Shown piece after piece: positions 1 through 10,209 of a DNA stretch of 64,000 nucleotides. Source of the DNA: a virus; the IMG/VR virus record IMGVR_UViG_3300002038_000006, positions 23,480 to 87,479 of that record, one strand, 5' to 3'. The stretch's first letter is position 1. The number at the start of each line of letters is the position of its first letter. Below the pieces are notes generated by a model. It was not told where the DNA came from and did not search any database. It saw only the letters and a program-made list of their open reading frames with translations. Made by a program: the position numbers and the translations under genes.

Positions 1-191
1 GTAAAGTACTCATCACCTTGTACAAGATTCTGTAATGTCCAACGACCCATCCAATAAAGACCGGTGAACAACTCAGGATTGTTAATCTGCACAGAGCGTG
101 GCAAATTAATTGGATGACCGTAGTCAGGCTCTTGTTGGAGCCCGAACTGTTGGTTCATTATCTGAGTATAATTTTGATTCTGATTGAACAT
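1..191 (-). CDS. Hypothetical protein, N/Q-rich N-terminus (truncated by window edge)
   Basis: Read by hand: AAAAGGA RBS then ATG at 191, MFNQNQNYTQIMNQQFGLQQEPDYGHP..., open to position 1. Confidence 0.6.
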   Translation of the reverse strand, partial: MFNQNQNYTQIMNQQFGLQQEPDYGHPINLPRSVQINNPELFTGLYWMGRWTLQNLVQGDEYF

Positions 192-237
192 ACTGTTATC
201 CTTTTATTTATCAGAAGTAAGTTTCATTGTTTGTTAA

Positions 238-1893
238 TTAGTCACGCATGACTACTTTTTCCATTTCGCGTAATACTGGTTCATGGCGAACTGGAATTTG
301 AACGATATCAGTTGCATCCATTTCAATGAATGGGTTAATACAATCACGTCCGGTCGGGTTGGACTTAGGTTGATTGAGATAACTTGCGACTGCCATTTGA
401 CTAGAATGTAATACTAGCTGCGGGTCGTACTCTGTTGTGTCAGACGAGTAACCATCGTTAGCTTTAGTTTGCTGAACAATATTACTTGTAATCTTCATGA
501 ACATATTGTCACCAGAGATTTGATGGGTAGCAGTTTCACCATGCTTCTCACCATTAATCTTGAAGATTGCATCGAACTTAAGAGTCTTAGACAACGTCTC
601 GTTTATAGATTCGAATGTCAGTACACGCTTGTCGGGTGCTAGCTTATACATTGTCATGAATATGCTGTACGTAACATCAAACAGGATGTAACGTAGAATA
701 ATCAAATTCTTGTTGAACATACTGGAGATACCTAGTAAGGCTGTTGAATCATCTACATTACCACGACGTGAACGCATTAAAGCACCCATGTTAGATATAA
801 TGTAGTGGAACAATTCCCAAACATCAGATACGTTAATATCTGCACGCTTGAACTTTTGTACTGAAAGGTCATCAACATACTCCGCAAGCGAAGCCATGTG
901 TACATCCATTTCATTTGCAAGTTTACCTTCACTGCGTTGGTTCTTAATAATACGACCTAACGCAAGACGCCACATACGCGGGTCATTCATTTCATCGATT
1001 ACAACTTCCTGAGGAAGATGGTCAGCAACGTAAAAGAATGAAGCAACATAGTCACGTACTACTTCACTAAAGTCAGACTTGCGAATAACTAAGCGTATTG
1101 TACAACCTTCATACATCTGCACTCGACGTGCAGCTTTCGGTCTCGTACCCATCAGAGAATGCAGGGATGAGAAGATATACCATTTGTCCTCCGGATACAT
1201 TTGATTGTTTAATTCTGGTCCACCTACAATAATATCAATTCCACAGAATCGACGTATTGTTTCAAGGAAACCAAACTGAGCGAACATGTAATGAATAATA
1301 GATACTTCACACTTCACAGCGTTAGGACCTTTAGCTTTATCATCACCATTATTATATATGCGTGAAGTTACTACGGCTCCATTGTTTTGCAGTGTACCGT
1401 TAACCATGAAGTTATGACTAGCACGTTCAAAGTTTAACTTAGCGCGGGTAAGCGGAATGAACAAACCATTCTGCTCAATTGAAATAGCTTTGTCTGCGAT
1501 TACAGGACTCACGAAATATCGAGTACCTTTAACGCGAATACAGCCACCGGGGCCAACAGCTGGTAGGAACATAAACTTTGGGGGTAATGTTCTTGGACCA
1601 GTTCCATCGTCGTATGAGAATAAGAACTTAACTAGATAGACATCAGACTTAGATAACTCAATCTGGTGTTTACCATAGCGCTTACGCGTAAGTTCATTAT
1701 ACTCTTCCCGTGGAGTACAACGGACAACATCTTCAAATACCAAACCCTTTGGAAAGGACTTAGAAGCACACTTCATTACACCTTTGACATATGTCATGGC
1801 TTCTTTGAGGTGCTCTACAGCTAGTCCTCTACAGACTCTCTCATTAAACTGAGGGAGCTTTTGATGTATCTCATCGAAAAGAAAGTTATCCAC
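238..1893 (-). CDS. Non-virion RNA polymerase beta subunit, N-terminal part (phiKZ gp123-like)
   Basis: GGCIRVKGTRYFVSPV resembles RNAP beta GTFIINGxERVIVSQ; position downstream of major capsid gene matches phiKZ gp120-gp123 synteny. Confidence 0.8.
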   Translation of the reverse strand: MDNFLFDEIHQKLPQFNERVCRGLAVEHLKEAMTYVKGVMKCASKSFPKGLVFEDVVRCTPREEYNELTRKRYGKHQIELSKSDVYLVKFLFSYDDGTGPRTLPPKFMFLPAVGPGGCIRVKGTRYFVSPVIADKAISIEQNGLFIPLTRAKLNFERASHNFMVNGTLQNNGAVVTSRIYNNGDDKAKGPNAVKCEVSIIHYMFAQFGFLETIRRFCGIDIIVGGPELNNQMYPEDKWYIFSSLHSLMGTRPKAARRVQMYEGCTIRLVIRKSDFSEVVRDYVASFFYVADHLPQEVVIDEMNDPRMWRLALGRIIKNQRSEGKLANEMDVHMASLAEYVDDLSVQKFKRADINVSDVWELFHYIISNMGALMRSRRGNVDDSTALLGISSMFNKNLIILRYILFDVTYSIFMTMYKLAPDKRVLTFESINETLSKTLKFDAIFKINGEKHGETATHQISGDNMFMKITSNIVQQTKANDGYSSDTTEYDPQLVLHSSQMAVASYLNQPKSNPTGRDCINPFIEMDATDIVQIPVRHEPVLREMEKVVMRD

Positions 1894-1985
1894 CTTTATC
1901 TCCTGTTATTAAAATATTTATGGTTGGGGATTTTTTTTACATGAACTACCGCTCTATGATATAAGAATGTAATGTAAATTTTAAC

Positions 1986-3230
1986 CTAGGTTAATGCTTT
2001 CCAGATACCTACTCCAATAGTTACAGCGCTCGCAACATACTTGAGCCAAGAACTAGTATCCTCTCTCGCATCACTTCTAGCAGCACCAGCCTCTTTAATA
2101 GTGGCTAGCTTCAAATCTAATTCCTTCTTCTCCTTTGCAGTGTCAAGAGACTGCATTTTAACTTTTTGTTCTAATGCCTCCTTCTCGTGCAAAAGCTTCA
2201 TTTTCTCATCGCCATATTTATCGTGTAATTCAGTGAGTGCTTTCCGCTCATTCTCTAGTGCATCCATCTCCATTTGACCGATGATGTTTTGACTAGTAGC
2301 AGAGTCTGCCTCAATTGATGTCTTAAAGATAGGTATCTCGTGCCAGAATTTAGTAACGCCTAATTCTGAATCCTTTACAGGTACGGGAACAACCATCTTA
2401 TCTCCATCGCGAATAAACCGATAAACTCCTGTTGGTAATTGATAATTTCTTACCACTGGTAGAGTTCGTGTACGCTCACATATTCTAACGTAATAGTTAG
2501 GTGGACGTTCTCCCTCATTCCAGTTCACAAATGCTCCAAACGTTATACCTTTACCATAACTCCGTCCCTCAATTTTAGCGATTGCATCTGGATGGTAAGG
2601 TGCGTCTAGATAATTTGTTATCTTAGTGATAAACAGATTTAACTCAGACAAGTATAATGTATCCTCTTGTCCAAACTCCCCTGCATATATCACTGACTCC
2701 CAATCACACATCTTCAGGTTATGTATCCCACCCGATTGTCTCCAACCTTCACTGATTGCTTTATCCACTAACCTATCGGTAAGTACGGACTCTATGCGCT
2801 CTGGTGAAGATTTGCTATTAACACTTACTCCAGCTGAAGCAGTTATTCTACAAGCAATTTCGAAAGTACCCGTTATGTTAGACGGGTCGTAAGGTATCCT
2901 CCAATATAATCCTCTCGAATCAAAGATGACAACATCGAAACCTAAACCGTTAAAGTATTTGGTGTGTTCCTCTAAAGAACAAGGTCTACTGCCAATACTA
3001 GTGGAGAAGTAATTCCTACTAGCTACTTCATCTGGCTGTAATACTTTAATCTGTCCTGCCATAGAGGCATTCTCAGTTACAGTGCTACATTCCATATTCT
3101 GGCTTAAGTTCTGTGGTACAAGTTCTGTTGACTGTGGTGCGTCAGATATAACGCGTGGAGTCACTACATTACTAAAAGACTGCTTCCACAATTTACGTGG
3201 TCCACTCAGTATAGTGGCAGTGCGGTCCAT
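1986..3230 (-). CDS. Conserved hypothetical protein with C-terminal coiled coil and hydrophobic tail
   Basis: 414-aa ORF, AGGGGG RBS, E/K-rich heptads near C-terminus, ends YVASAVTIGVGIWKALT; early-type promoter upstream. Confidence 0.6.
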   Translation of the reverse strand: MDRTATILSGPRKLWKQSFSNVVTPRVISDAPQSTELVPQNLSQNMECSTVTENASMAGQIKVLQPDEVASRNYFSTSIGSRPCSLEEHTKYFNGLGFDVVIFDSRGLYWRIPYDPSNITGTFEIACRITASAGVSVNSKSSPERIESVLTDRLVDKAISEGWRQSGGIHNLKMCDWESVIYAGEFGQEDTLYLSELNLFITKITNYLDAPYHPDAIAKIEGRSYGKGITFGAFVNWNEGERPPNYYVRICERTRTLPVVRNYQLPTGVYRFIRDGDKMVVPVPVKDSELGVTKFWHEIPIFKTSIEADSATSQNIIGQMEMDALENERKALTELHDKYGDEKMKLLHEKEALEQKVKMQSLDTAKEKKELDLKLATIKEAGAARSDAREDTSSWLKYVASAVTIGVGIWKALT

Positions 3231-3271
3231 AAGCCCCCCTTACATTAAAACCATTAGTCATATTCCCTAGA

Positions 3272-3297
3272 ATAATATAGGTTTATAAATAGTTTAA
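3272..3297 (-). promoter_or_regulatory. Early-type (vRNAP) promoter
   Basis: TTAAACTATTTATAAACCTATATTAT, identical to 54736-54761; resembles phiKZ early TATATTAC. Confidence 0.65.
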
Positions 3298-3302
3298 CTA
3301 GG

Positions 3303-3332
3303 ACGGCATAAAGTAGGGGCAGTTGCCCCTAC
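3303..3332 (-). terminator. Hairpin + TTTATGCCG element
   Basis: GTAGGGGC/GCCCCTAC stem followed by TTTATGCCGT on minus strand. Confidence 0.65.
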
Positions 3333-3344
3333 AATAGTTTAATG

Positions 3345-4016
3345 TTAGATAGCTCTACGGATAGAACTTCTAATTTGTCCGGCCAATACCGCTAAGCCGT
3401 TGAGACCGATGAAGTGATTATTATAGATAGCTTTCTTAAGCTTTCCTTTTTCGTCTACAGACGCGTCCAGTATAGCCTTGGCGTTCTTCACTGCCTTACT
3501 AAACATATCTTTATAGTCTTCGAACTTCTTGATTTCACCCTTAACAATCTTAAGGGCTTTGTCTGGAGTGATTAGCTCAGACACCATATCCTTAGTACTA
3601 ATAGGTAGGTCTAAGTCATCTTCAATGGATTTCATTAAACCCTTTTCCATCTTATCGTCTATGAGCATCACTGAAGAGATGTTGACGCCACGCCACGCCA
3701 TAGTGGATGAAAGTGCTTCCATGGGGACATCCAATCCTTTAAGTTCGTGGGAATGTATGTTGCTATCCACGTATTTATGGATTGCCTTTTCCATCTTATC
3801 CATGCCGGACTTGATGCGGTCGATGTCCCAACCAGTCCATCCGCCAATTTTCAATACGTCCCTTAGATGTTTATAGGTAACGTGGTCTTTAACAGCCCCA
3901 CCTATTTGCCTACCAATACCTTCCATACCTACATCATCGTCTTCGAAATCTTCCAACGCATGGTTAACATCGGAACACCAGTCTATGTGGTCTTGTACGA
4001 AATTTCTCACTTGCAT
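3345..4016 (-). CDS. Putative processed head protein
   Basis: Acidic N-terminus with A/G-x-E sites (ALE, GME) typical of phiKZ gp175 protease substrates; directly downstream of MCP. Confidence 0.45.
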   Translation of the reverse strand: MQVRNFVQDHIDWCSDVNHALEDFEDDDVGMEGIGRQIGGAVKDHVTYKHLRDVLKIGGWTGWDIDRIKSGMDKMEKAIHKYVDSNIHSHELKGLDVPMEALSSTMAWRGVNISSVMLIDDKMEKGLMKSIEDDLDLPISTKDMVSELITPDKALKIVKGEIKKFEDYKDMFSKAVKNAKAILDASVDEKGKLKKAIYNNHFIGLNGLAVLAGQIRSSIRRAI

Positions 4017-4034
4017 TTCCTTACTTGTTTATAG

Positions 4035-4066
4035 ATGGCATAAACAAGGGAACCGAAGTTCCCTTG
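4035..4066 (-). terminator. MCP terminator, hairpin + TTTATGCC
   Basis: CAAGGGAAC-TTCG-GTTCCCTTG-TTTATGCCA. Confidence 0.7.
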
Positions 4067-4091
4067 TCCACGACTAACTTAGTTTAGCTAA

Positions 4092-6212
4092 TTAAACTTT
4101 GCTAGATAACACTTTATCAAGGTTAGTAACCGTGATGCGTGCCATTACTGGTAACAAGCCGATGTGGCGGTTACGAGTTTGTACAGTTGTAACGTTAGCA
4201 GTAGAACCACCACGCGATACTTGTGCACTAGATACCATTTCAGGAATCCAACCGTGAGCACCGAAGCTCAACGGGTCAGCTTCACCAGCTACGTTTTCAC
4301 GAGCGAAAGTCAAGAAGATTTCACCTGTCATACGAGCATCTGGAGAAGTAACTACTTTGTGGTCCATGCCGATTGAAGCAGTACGCTCGTCACCAGAAAC
4401 CATGATGTGACGTTGTAATACTGAATCAGTAGCGATAACTAAACGAGGCTTAGTTTCACGACCATTAGTAATTATCTCTAACGCCGTTTGGTAGTTAGAA
4501 TCTTGAGCCATTGGGTAAACCAATGAACGGATTGCGTTGATAATCGTATCAGCAACGTCAGCAGCTTTTTCATGCGACTTAGTTGAGTTGATTACAGCAG
4601 CCATGTCGATTGTTAACTCTTTGTAGTAAGGGCTAACTAAGTGACGACCTGCACCTTCAATTTCAGGAACTGGCATGTCACCTTCAACAGCTTCGGCGTA
4701 TCGCTTAAGCATGTCTGCACGAGATAACAACTTACTAACTGCATCGTTTGCATTACGCGTACGAGAGATTGCAGTGATTGTTTTCAAGTCAGTTGCTTTA
4801 CGCTTGTCAGTTTCGTTAACTGGCGCTTTAGCAGTGATTGGAGCATTGAAACCGATTGAGTAACGTTCAACTTTACCAGTGTAGCTACCTAAGATACCAC
4901 GGTGACGCAAGTTAGCGTTTGAGTGGTAAGACTCAAGAGTGTAACCAACTAATTCGAAAGTTAAGTTATCAACGATGCCTTTACCAGCACCTGAAGCGAT
5001 AGAAACTTTTTGACCATCAGCAGCGTACAAAGAGTTTGCAACTGGAGTTGGGTTGTAAAGATTCAATTCACCAGTTTCAAGGTCTAATGTACCAGACATT
5101 TGAAGAGTGATGTTTAACTTCTGACCATTCAAAGAAGCAAGGCCTTCAGCAGCAGCGCCAGCGATGTCTTGACGGTCGTCCATTAGAACAACAGTTTCGT
5201 TAGAGAACTGGATGCTCATTTCACGGTCTGATTTACCTTCAGGCGACTTGAAGAAGCTTGAACGTGGTAAACCGTTTACGCTGATAGCGATAACAGAAGT
5301 TTTGCTTGCAGCAGCATCAGTTACTTGAACGTAGATTGTATCAAGGCCAGCGTTGCTGTCGATTGAATCTTCGTCAGTAAGTTCTTGGCCGTTGTTTAAC
5401 GGAGAACCTGAGCTAAGCGCTAATAGGTCTAATGCCATACCAGGCTTAAGAGGAGCAGTGGTTACGTCAACACCATCAACAACGATTGTTTGCGGAGCAA
5501 CCACAGCAGCGTCAGTGAAGAACTTAGCGTTTGAACCATTACCAAGTACTACCGGGTAGATACGAGTAGTTTCTGATTCTAAGATAGTGTGGTCAACCAC
5601 AGCATCTAAAACTTTACGCTTGTTGAAATCAGTAACGTCACCAGTAGTAGCACGGCGAACTTCACGATGAACAACAGTTTGTTCGATGTTTACGTCTAAA
5701 CCGCCAACATCAGCAGTAAGAACGATAGTTGGGAAAAGAGTTTCACCAAATTCGTCTTGTTGAGCTGATTCTAAGTTGAACGCTAAAGAGTAAGACTTGT
5801 AGTTACCGATTTGGTTTTGGTCGAAAGCTTCCATTGCTGGAACGCCGTCTGCATCACCAATAACTGTAACGCCTTCAGCAGATACTGTTGGTTGAGCAGC
5901 TTTTTCGTGGTAAGCTAGAGGGTCGCCTAAACCCATTGCGATGATAGTCGCAGCTTCCATACCAACTGAATCTTTAGCAACTTCGATTTCAGCCGACTCT
6001 AGTGAATCAACAAGTGCACTTTGAACATCACCAAAGTTTTGCTCGTGACGACCAGCAGCTTCTGGACTGATAGACTCGATGCCTACAGTTACAGCTTCAA
6101 CGTTACCCGGGTTAATGAACTCATCGCCTCTAGAGGCAATGTCTTGACTTAATTGAGTTGCGATAGCTGCAACGCCAACTTTATTCTGAGATGAAAGATT
6201 ATAACGAGACAT
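4092..6212 (-). CDS. Major capsid protein (phiKZ gp120-like)
   Basis: 706 aa; propeptide with SLE/GME/AME sites, AMEAFDQ, QQDEFGETLFPTIV, LRHRG motifs; biased high-expression codons; adjacent to DnaB-like gene. Confidence 0.9.
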   Translation of the reverse strand: MSRYNLSSQNKVGVAAIATQLSQDIASRGDEFINPGNVEAVTVGIESISPEAAGRHEQNFGDVQSALVDSLESAEIEVAKDSVGMEAATIIAMGLGDPLAYHEKAAQPTVSAEGVTVIGDADGVPAMEAFDQNQIGNYKSYSLAFNLESAQQDEFGETLFPTIVLTADVGGLDVNIEQTVVHREVRRATTGDVTDFNKRKVLDAVVDHTILESETTRIYPVVLGNGSNAKFFTDAAVVAPQTIVVDGVDVTTAPLKPGMALDLLALSSGSPLNNGQELTDEDSIDSNAGLDTIYVQVTDAAASKTSVIAISVNGLPRSSFFKSPEGKSDREMSIQFSNETVVLMDDRQDIAGAAAEGLASLNGQKLNITLQMSGTLDLETGELNLYNPTPVANSLYAADGQKVSIASGAGKGIVDNLTFELVGYTLESYHSNANLRHRGILGSYTGKVERYSIGFNAPITAKAPVNETDKRKATDLKTITAISRTRNANDAVSKLLSRADMLKRYAEAVEGDMPVPEIEGAGRHLVSPYYKELTIDMAAVINSTKSHEKAADVADTIINAIRSLVYPMAQDSNYQTALEIITNGRETKPRLVIATDSVLQRHIMVSGDERTASIGMDHKVVTSPDARMTGEIFLTFARENVAGEADPLSFGAHGWIPEMVSSAQVSRGGSTANVTTVQTRNRHIGLLPVMARITVTNLDKVLSSKV

Positions 6213-6297
6213 ATCTTCATTCTTCCTTATAAATACGTATTTTTAAAGAAACTCCGGTAAGGAGTGACAACCACACATACTATAGTTAAAACTTTAG

Positions 6298-6834
6298 TTA
6301 AACTTTCTTAACGAAGCGTTTAAACGTTTTTAACTTAGCGACTTTTTCAAACCCTATCTGTTTCTGTAAAACATCAAGGAAGTGTTTTAACGAATCAACT
6401 GTATAGTCTTCGTTAGTAGGTTTAACAATAACGGCACAAACCTCAGGTTTAAGCATTACCGTTTCATAACTATGTAAGTTACAATCCCCATTATTAAGAG
6501 CGTCTTGATTTAAAACGTCTCCATATATAAGTAGGTCTTTAGCCTTAGCATTTGACTCAAGGTTATGTTCGGCTTCCAGCATTTCAAGTTCGTTAGGACC
6601 GAAGCAATGAAGTAGCTCCTCTATCAAGTTGTCATACTGGAAATCAGTACGTATCAAACTATAGTCTTGTTGACTACGGGTTTCGGTATTGTCGTGGTTC
6701 GCTTTTAGTATAAAAAATAAATCTTCCTTAGTTAGTATAGAAGACAATCGTTTAATATCTAAAACCACGGTTAAAGGTAAGTTGTTAGCATCGAGCTTTC
6801 GTCTCAGCCAAGCAGGTATAATCAATACTTGCAT
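6298..6834 (-). CDS. Hypothetical/virion protein at phiKZ gp119 position
   Basis: 178-aa ORF with AAGGA RBS between MCP and helicase; assignment by synteny only. Confidence 0.5.
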   Translation of the reverse strand: MQVLIIPAWLRRKLDANNLPLTVVLDIKRLSSILTKEDLFFILKANHDNTETRSQQDYSLIRTDFQYDNLIEELLHCFGPNELEMLEAEHNLESNAKAKDLLIYGDVLNQDALNNGDCNLHSYETVMLKPEVCAVIVKPTNEDYTVDSLKHFLDVLQKQIGFEKVAKLKTFKRFVKKV

Positions 6835-6889
6835 CTTAATATCCTTAATCGTCTGTTAATGAATAAATATTTTAGTAAGAGAATAGCCA

Positions 6890-8422
6890 ATGGACCATAA
6901 ACTAGTTTTAGTCGACCTGATTACTCTATTATACCGCGAAGCTGAGTATGAGGGTGCAGGTGTCGACAACACATCTTTAGTCCGCAGTGTGGCGGATAAG
7001 ATTAAAGTGTCTGAATCAATCTCTGAAGTAACGTCAGGTAGAGATTCTGTCGTAGCTTTAAAAGCCACCGTGTTCTGGATGTTAGAACAGGGCACAGCTA
7101 CAGCATTCAATCGCGATGACTTGCTTCAAAGAATTAGAGTAAATGTAGCAGATGAAACGTATTTAGTGGACGCTCTGGAAAACAGTACTCTAGAGTTGAC
7201 CTCACAAGATGAAGTTATAGACTCTATACAAAGGGCAGAAACAAAACTTCGTGTTGAACTGAATAAAGAACAAGTAAAAGAATTAATTAAACAAGCCTAC
7301 ATGGATAGTCACTTTAACGATGGTGCTATTGACTGGCCAAACTTCCCTGAGAAAATATCTTCTCAAATGGAACCGTTTGCTGAATCAATGTCAGGTCGTC
7401 AAGTACATGATGAGATGGTATCTGAGATTGACTTAGAAAACCTTAGCTCTGTCGCTGAGGCCCTGTCAAAGGCTCGTAGTACAAACTCCTCTGAAGGCGT
7501 AATGAGATTAGGCTGGCAAGGCTTTAACGCAATGCTGGGACAGGTAGGAGGCTTCAGACGTGGTGATGAAGTTTGTATCGGTGCACTACAGCATAATTTC
7601 AAATCTGGTATGCTATTACACCTACCTCGTCAAGTAGCAATGTACAATACACCGTTCATGTTTGACAAAACTAAGAAACCTTTAATATTACATATCTCTC
7701 TTGAGAATGCCGCAGAAGACAACATGATGATTCTGTATAAGTGGCTTAAGGAGAATGAAACGTTTGAGGACTTCGATACTCGTGACCCTAACCTTGATTT
7801 AGCGGAAGCTGCCAAGTACGTTCATGAGAAGTTAACTGTTAACGGTTATCATTTTAAATTCCTACGTTTTGACCCGTCTAGTTTTACGTTTGCTAAGTTC
7901 TGTTCTTTGCTTCGTGACTATGAACGTGAATACGAGATTCACTTGTGTGCTGTTGATTACCTAAACATGATGTCTAAAGAAGGCTGTATGGGTGGTACTG
8001 ATTCTGCATTGATTCGTGACTTGTTCCGTCGTATGCGTAACTACACTAACCCACGTGGTATTACTTTACTTACTGCTCACCAATTGTCATCGGACGCTAA
8101 ACAGTTAGTGCGTCAAGGTTGTGAGAACTTTGTTAAGGAAGTTGCTAACAAAGGTTATTGGGCTGACTCTAAACAAATTGACCAAGAGTTAGACTTAGAA
8201 ATTATCATCAACTTAGAACGTCCCGGAGACGGTTCTACTTTCCTTACTGCGCATCGTGGTAAACACCGTATGCCTTTCATTACACCAGAGAAAGACTTAT
8301 ATACTGTTTACAAGTTTGCGGAAGTGGGAGCTATTCCAGACGACATAAACACTGAGAGTGCTGCTCTCAAGAAAGTCGGTATGGGACCAATAGGTGAGGG
8401 AGACTTCCTTTGGGATTCCTAG
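6890..8422 (+). CDS. dnaB: DnaB-like replicative helicase (phiKZ gp118-like)
   Basis: Divergent Walker A GALQHNFKS, ISLEN, Walker B CAVDYL, TAHQLS, HRGKHR. Confidence 0.85.
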   Translation: MDHKLVLVDLITLLYREAEYEGAGVDNTSLVRSVADKIKVSESISEVTSGRDSVVALKATVFWMLEQGTATAFNRDDLLQRIRVNVADETYLVDALENSTLELTSQDEVIDSIQRAETKLRVELNKEQVKELIKQAYMDSHFNDGAIDWPNFPEKISSQMEPFAESMSGRQVHDEMVSEIDLENLSSVAEALSKARSTNSSEGVMRLGWQGFNAMLGQVGGFRRGDEVCIGALQHNFKSGMLLHLPRQVAMYNTPFMFDKTKKPLILHISLENAAEDNMMILYKWLKENETFEDFDTRDPNLDLAEAAKYVHEKLTVNGYHFKFLRFDPSSFTFAKFCSLLRDYEREYEIHLCAVDYLNMMSKEGCMGGTDSALIRDLFRRMRNYTNPRGITLLTAHQLSSDAKQLVRQGCENFVKEVANKGYWADSKQIDQELDLEIIINLERPGDGSTFLTAHRGKHRMPFITPEKDLYTVYKFAEVGAIPDDINTESAALKKVGMGPIGEGDFLWDS

Positions 8423-8440
8423 GGCAAAAAAAAAGGATGT

Positions 8441-9220
8441 TCATCGTCCTTCTTTCTCTAATAACTCCATTAGTAGTTTAGTATTGGCCTTGTTATTATA
8501 GGCGAATACAAAACCATGCAATGGGGTTAAGTCTTTATCTTTCACTCGTCGTACTATGGTCTTGTGGTTAGTAAGTCCCAATTCTCTAGCTGCTTCTCTT
8601 GCGCTATTGATTATGGATACCTTCCTACCAACTGGGTCGAGTACCGCTATATCCATACCTAACTTACTAGGTAAACCATTAGCTGGTACACATAGAGCAT
8701 CTTTTATAGATATGCCAGATGTTAATCTAGACCTTAGGGTTTGTAGATTTATACCTCTTAGTTTGGACCATTCGGCCACGGTTAACGTGAGACCGTCATG
8801 TGTTAGTTTAAGTGGTTCCACACTGGTTAGGGTAAAAGCTTCCTCCGATGACATACCTGAGTTAAGTCGATATAAAGTTTTACCGTAGTGTATTTTAAGT
8901 TCTTTACACCAGAGGGCTAGGCTCTGCTCTCGGTTCAGGTACTTAACTAGTCTATTGGTCCTACAATTATTGGCTTGTTCTTCCGGTGTAGCCCAACGAC
9001 AATTCCATGGTGCATACGGACCATCTGTATCTATACGGTCTATAGAATGTTTACTAGTTGGTCTATGGTCCATGTCGGAGATAAAGTCATAGAACGAGTT
9101 GGTCCATCGTTCACAAACAGTTATACCACGACCACCGTAGTTGGAGAAGTCGGGGTTGTTTTTATTAACACATCTCTGTTTTAGATTCTTCCATATTCCG
9201 TATTCTGGTATCTTATTCAT
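8441..9220 (-). mobile_element. Free-standing HNH homing endonuclease with C-terminal HTH/NUMOD-like domains
   Basis: NYGGRGITVCERW, SIDRIDTDGPYAPWNCRWATPEEQANN; own promoter at about 9245-9268. Confidence 0.85.
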
Positions 9221-9244
9221 AAATATTTTCCTTGTGGGGAATGT

Positions 9245-9268
9245 TCACTAATATGATATATGTTTGAA
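9245..9268 (-). promoter_or_regulatory. Early-type promoter variant for HNH gene
   Basis: TTTCAAACATATATCATATTAGTGA matches motif family loosely. Confidence 0.45.
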
Positions 9269-9400
9269 ACTTGGTAGACCAATAGGTGGCGATGAACTGT
9301 GGGAAATGTAACCCGCTTTAACAACTAGTGCCTGTAGTAACCCTATGGGCTTGGTTATTCTATGACTAATTATTAGTCGGTTAATTTGGAGAGTATAAAT

Positions 9401-9919
9401 ATGAGCGATGCAGCAGAAGAATGTTTGCCAGTAGTAAGAATCAAATGTCTTGATTGTAAGAAAACTAAGGCTGAAGATAAGTTCCGTATCCGTGGCGGTA
9501 AACGTCGTGAAGTATGTTTGTCATGTGAAGCCAAAGGTGCACGTGAAGTACAGACTCGTAAACTTCGTAAAGAACACGGTGATTCAGTAGTCCCCCTTGA
9601 AGGCAATATTAAACACTGTCGTGCATGTGATGGTGTTTATGAAATCAATAGTTTCCGTGGTGACACGTCTAAAGATGGTCACTTCAGCAAGTGTGTTGAA
9701 TGTGAAACTGAAAAGAAACCATTGATGACTAAAGCAGAGCTACACCAGTTCCGTTTAGACAACGGAACTATTGTTGAAGAGAAAGTGGAAGAGATTTCCG
9801 ATAAGGTAACTGACGCTGTCAACACTGGTAAAGATGCTGTCGAAGACATCGTAGAAGCTGTTGAAGAAGCTAAAGGTTTCTGGAATGGCGTTCGTAAGTG
9901 GTGGAGAAACTTGTTATAA
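9401..9919 (+). CDS. Hypothetical protein with four CxxC motifs and amphipathic C-terminus
   Basis: GGAG RBS before ATG 9401; CLDC/CLSC/CRAC/CVEC; ends GFWNGVRKWWRNLL. Confidence 0.65.
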   Translation: MSDAAEECLPVVRIKCLDCKKTKAEDKFRIRGGKRREVCLSCEAKGAREVQTRKLRKEHGDSVVPLEGNIKHCRACDGVYEINSFRGDTSKDGHFSKCVECETEKKPLMTKAELHQFRLDNGTIVEEKVEEISDKVTDAVNTGKDAVEDIVEAVEEAKGFWNGVRKWWRNLL

Positions 9920-10086
9920 TGACGTTGACAGACCTTAAGGAAAGAGTCCTTTTATTTATTCTAGGTCTCTTCCTGCTATTTGTTTTTTATGGCAGAATAT
10001 TCGGTAGCAGTTCCAAAAGAAGTCCTTTTGGCGCTATCGTCTTACTATGGTCTAGTTGGCTTAGTGCTTGCACTAGGTTGGGATAA
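9919..10086 (+). CDS. Small membrane protein
   Basis: TAATG stop/start overlap with previous gene; hydrophobic VLLFILGLFLLFVFY and FGAIVLLWSSWL. Confidence 0.5.
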   Translation: MTLTDLKERVLLFILGLFLLFVFYGRIFGSSSKRSPFGAIVLLWSSWLSACTRLG

Positions 10087-10103
10087 GATATTTGTAGACA
10101 CGG

Positions 10104-10157
10104 ATAGACGGCATAGAGAGGAGGGGGGTTGTTAGCCCTCCTCTCTATGCCGTCTAT
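10104..10157. terminator. Bidirectional terminator, 22-bp perfect inverted repeat
   Basis: ATAGACGGCATAGAGAGGAGGG / CCCTCCTCTCTATGCCGTCTAT between convergent genes. Confidence 0.75.
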
Positions 10158-10209
10158 TAGGCTAACTTCTTAGACATTCGTATAGTCATTGGTTTGTAGC
10201 CGCTTTTTT

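Noticed and set aside
9919-10086. Holin call for the small membrane ORF
   Set aside because: No adjacent endolysin or spanin and no diagnostic features
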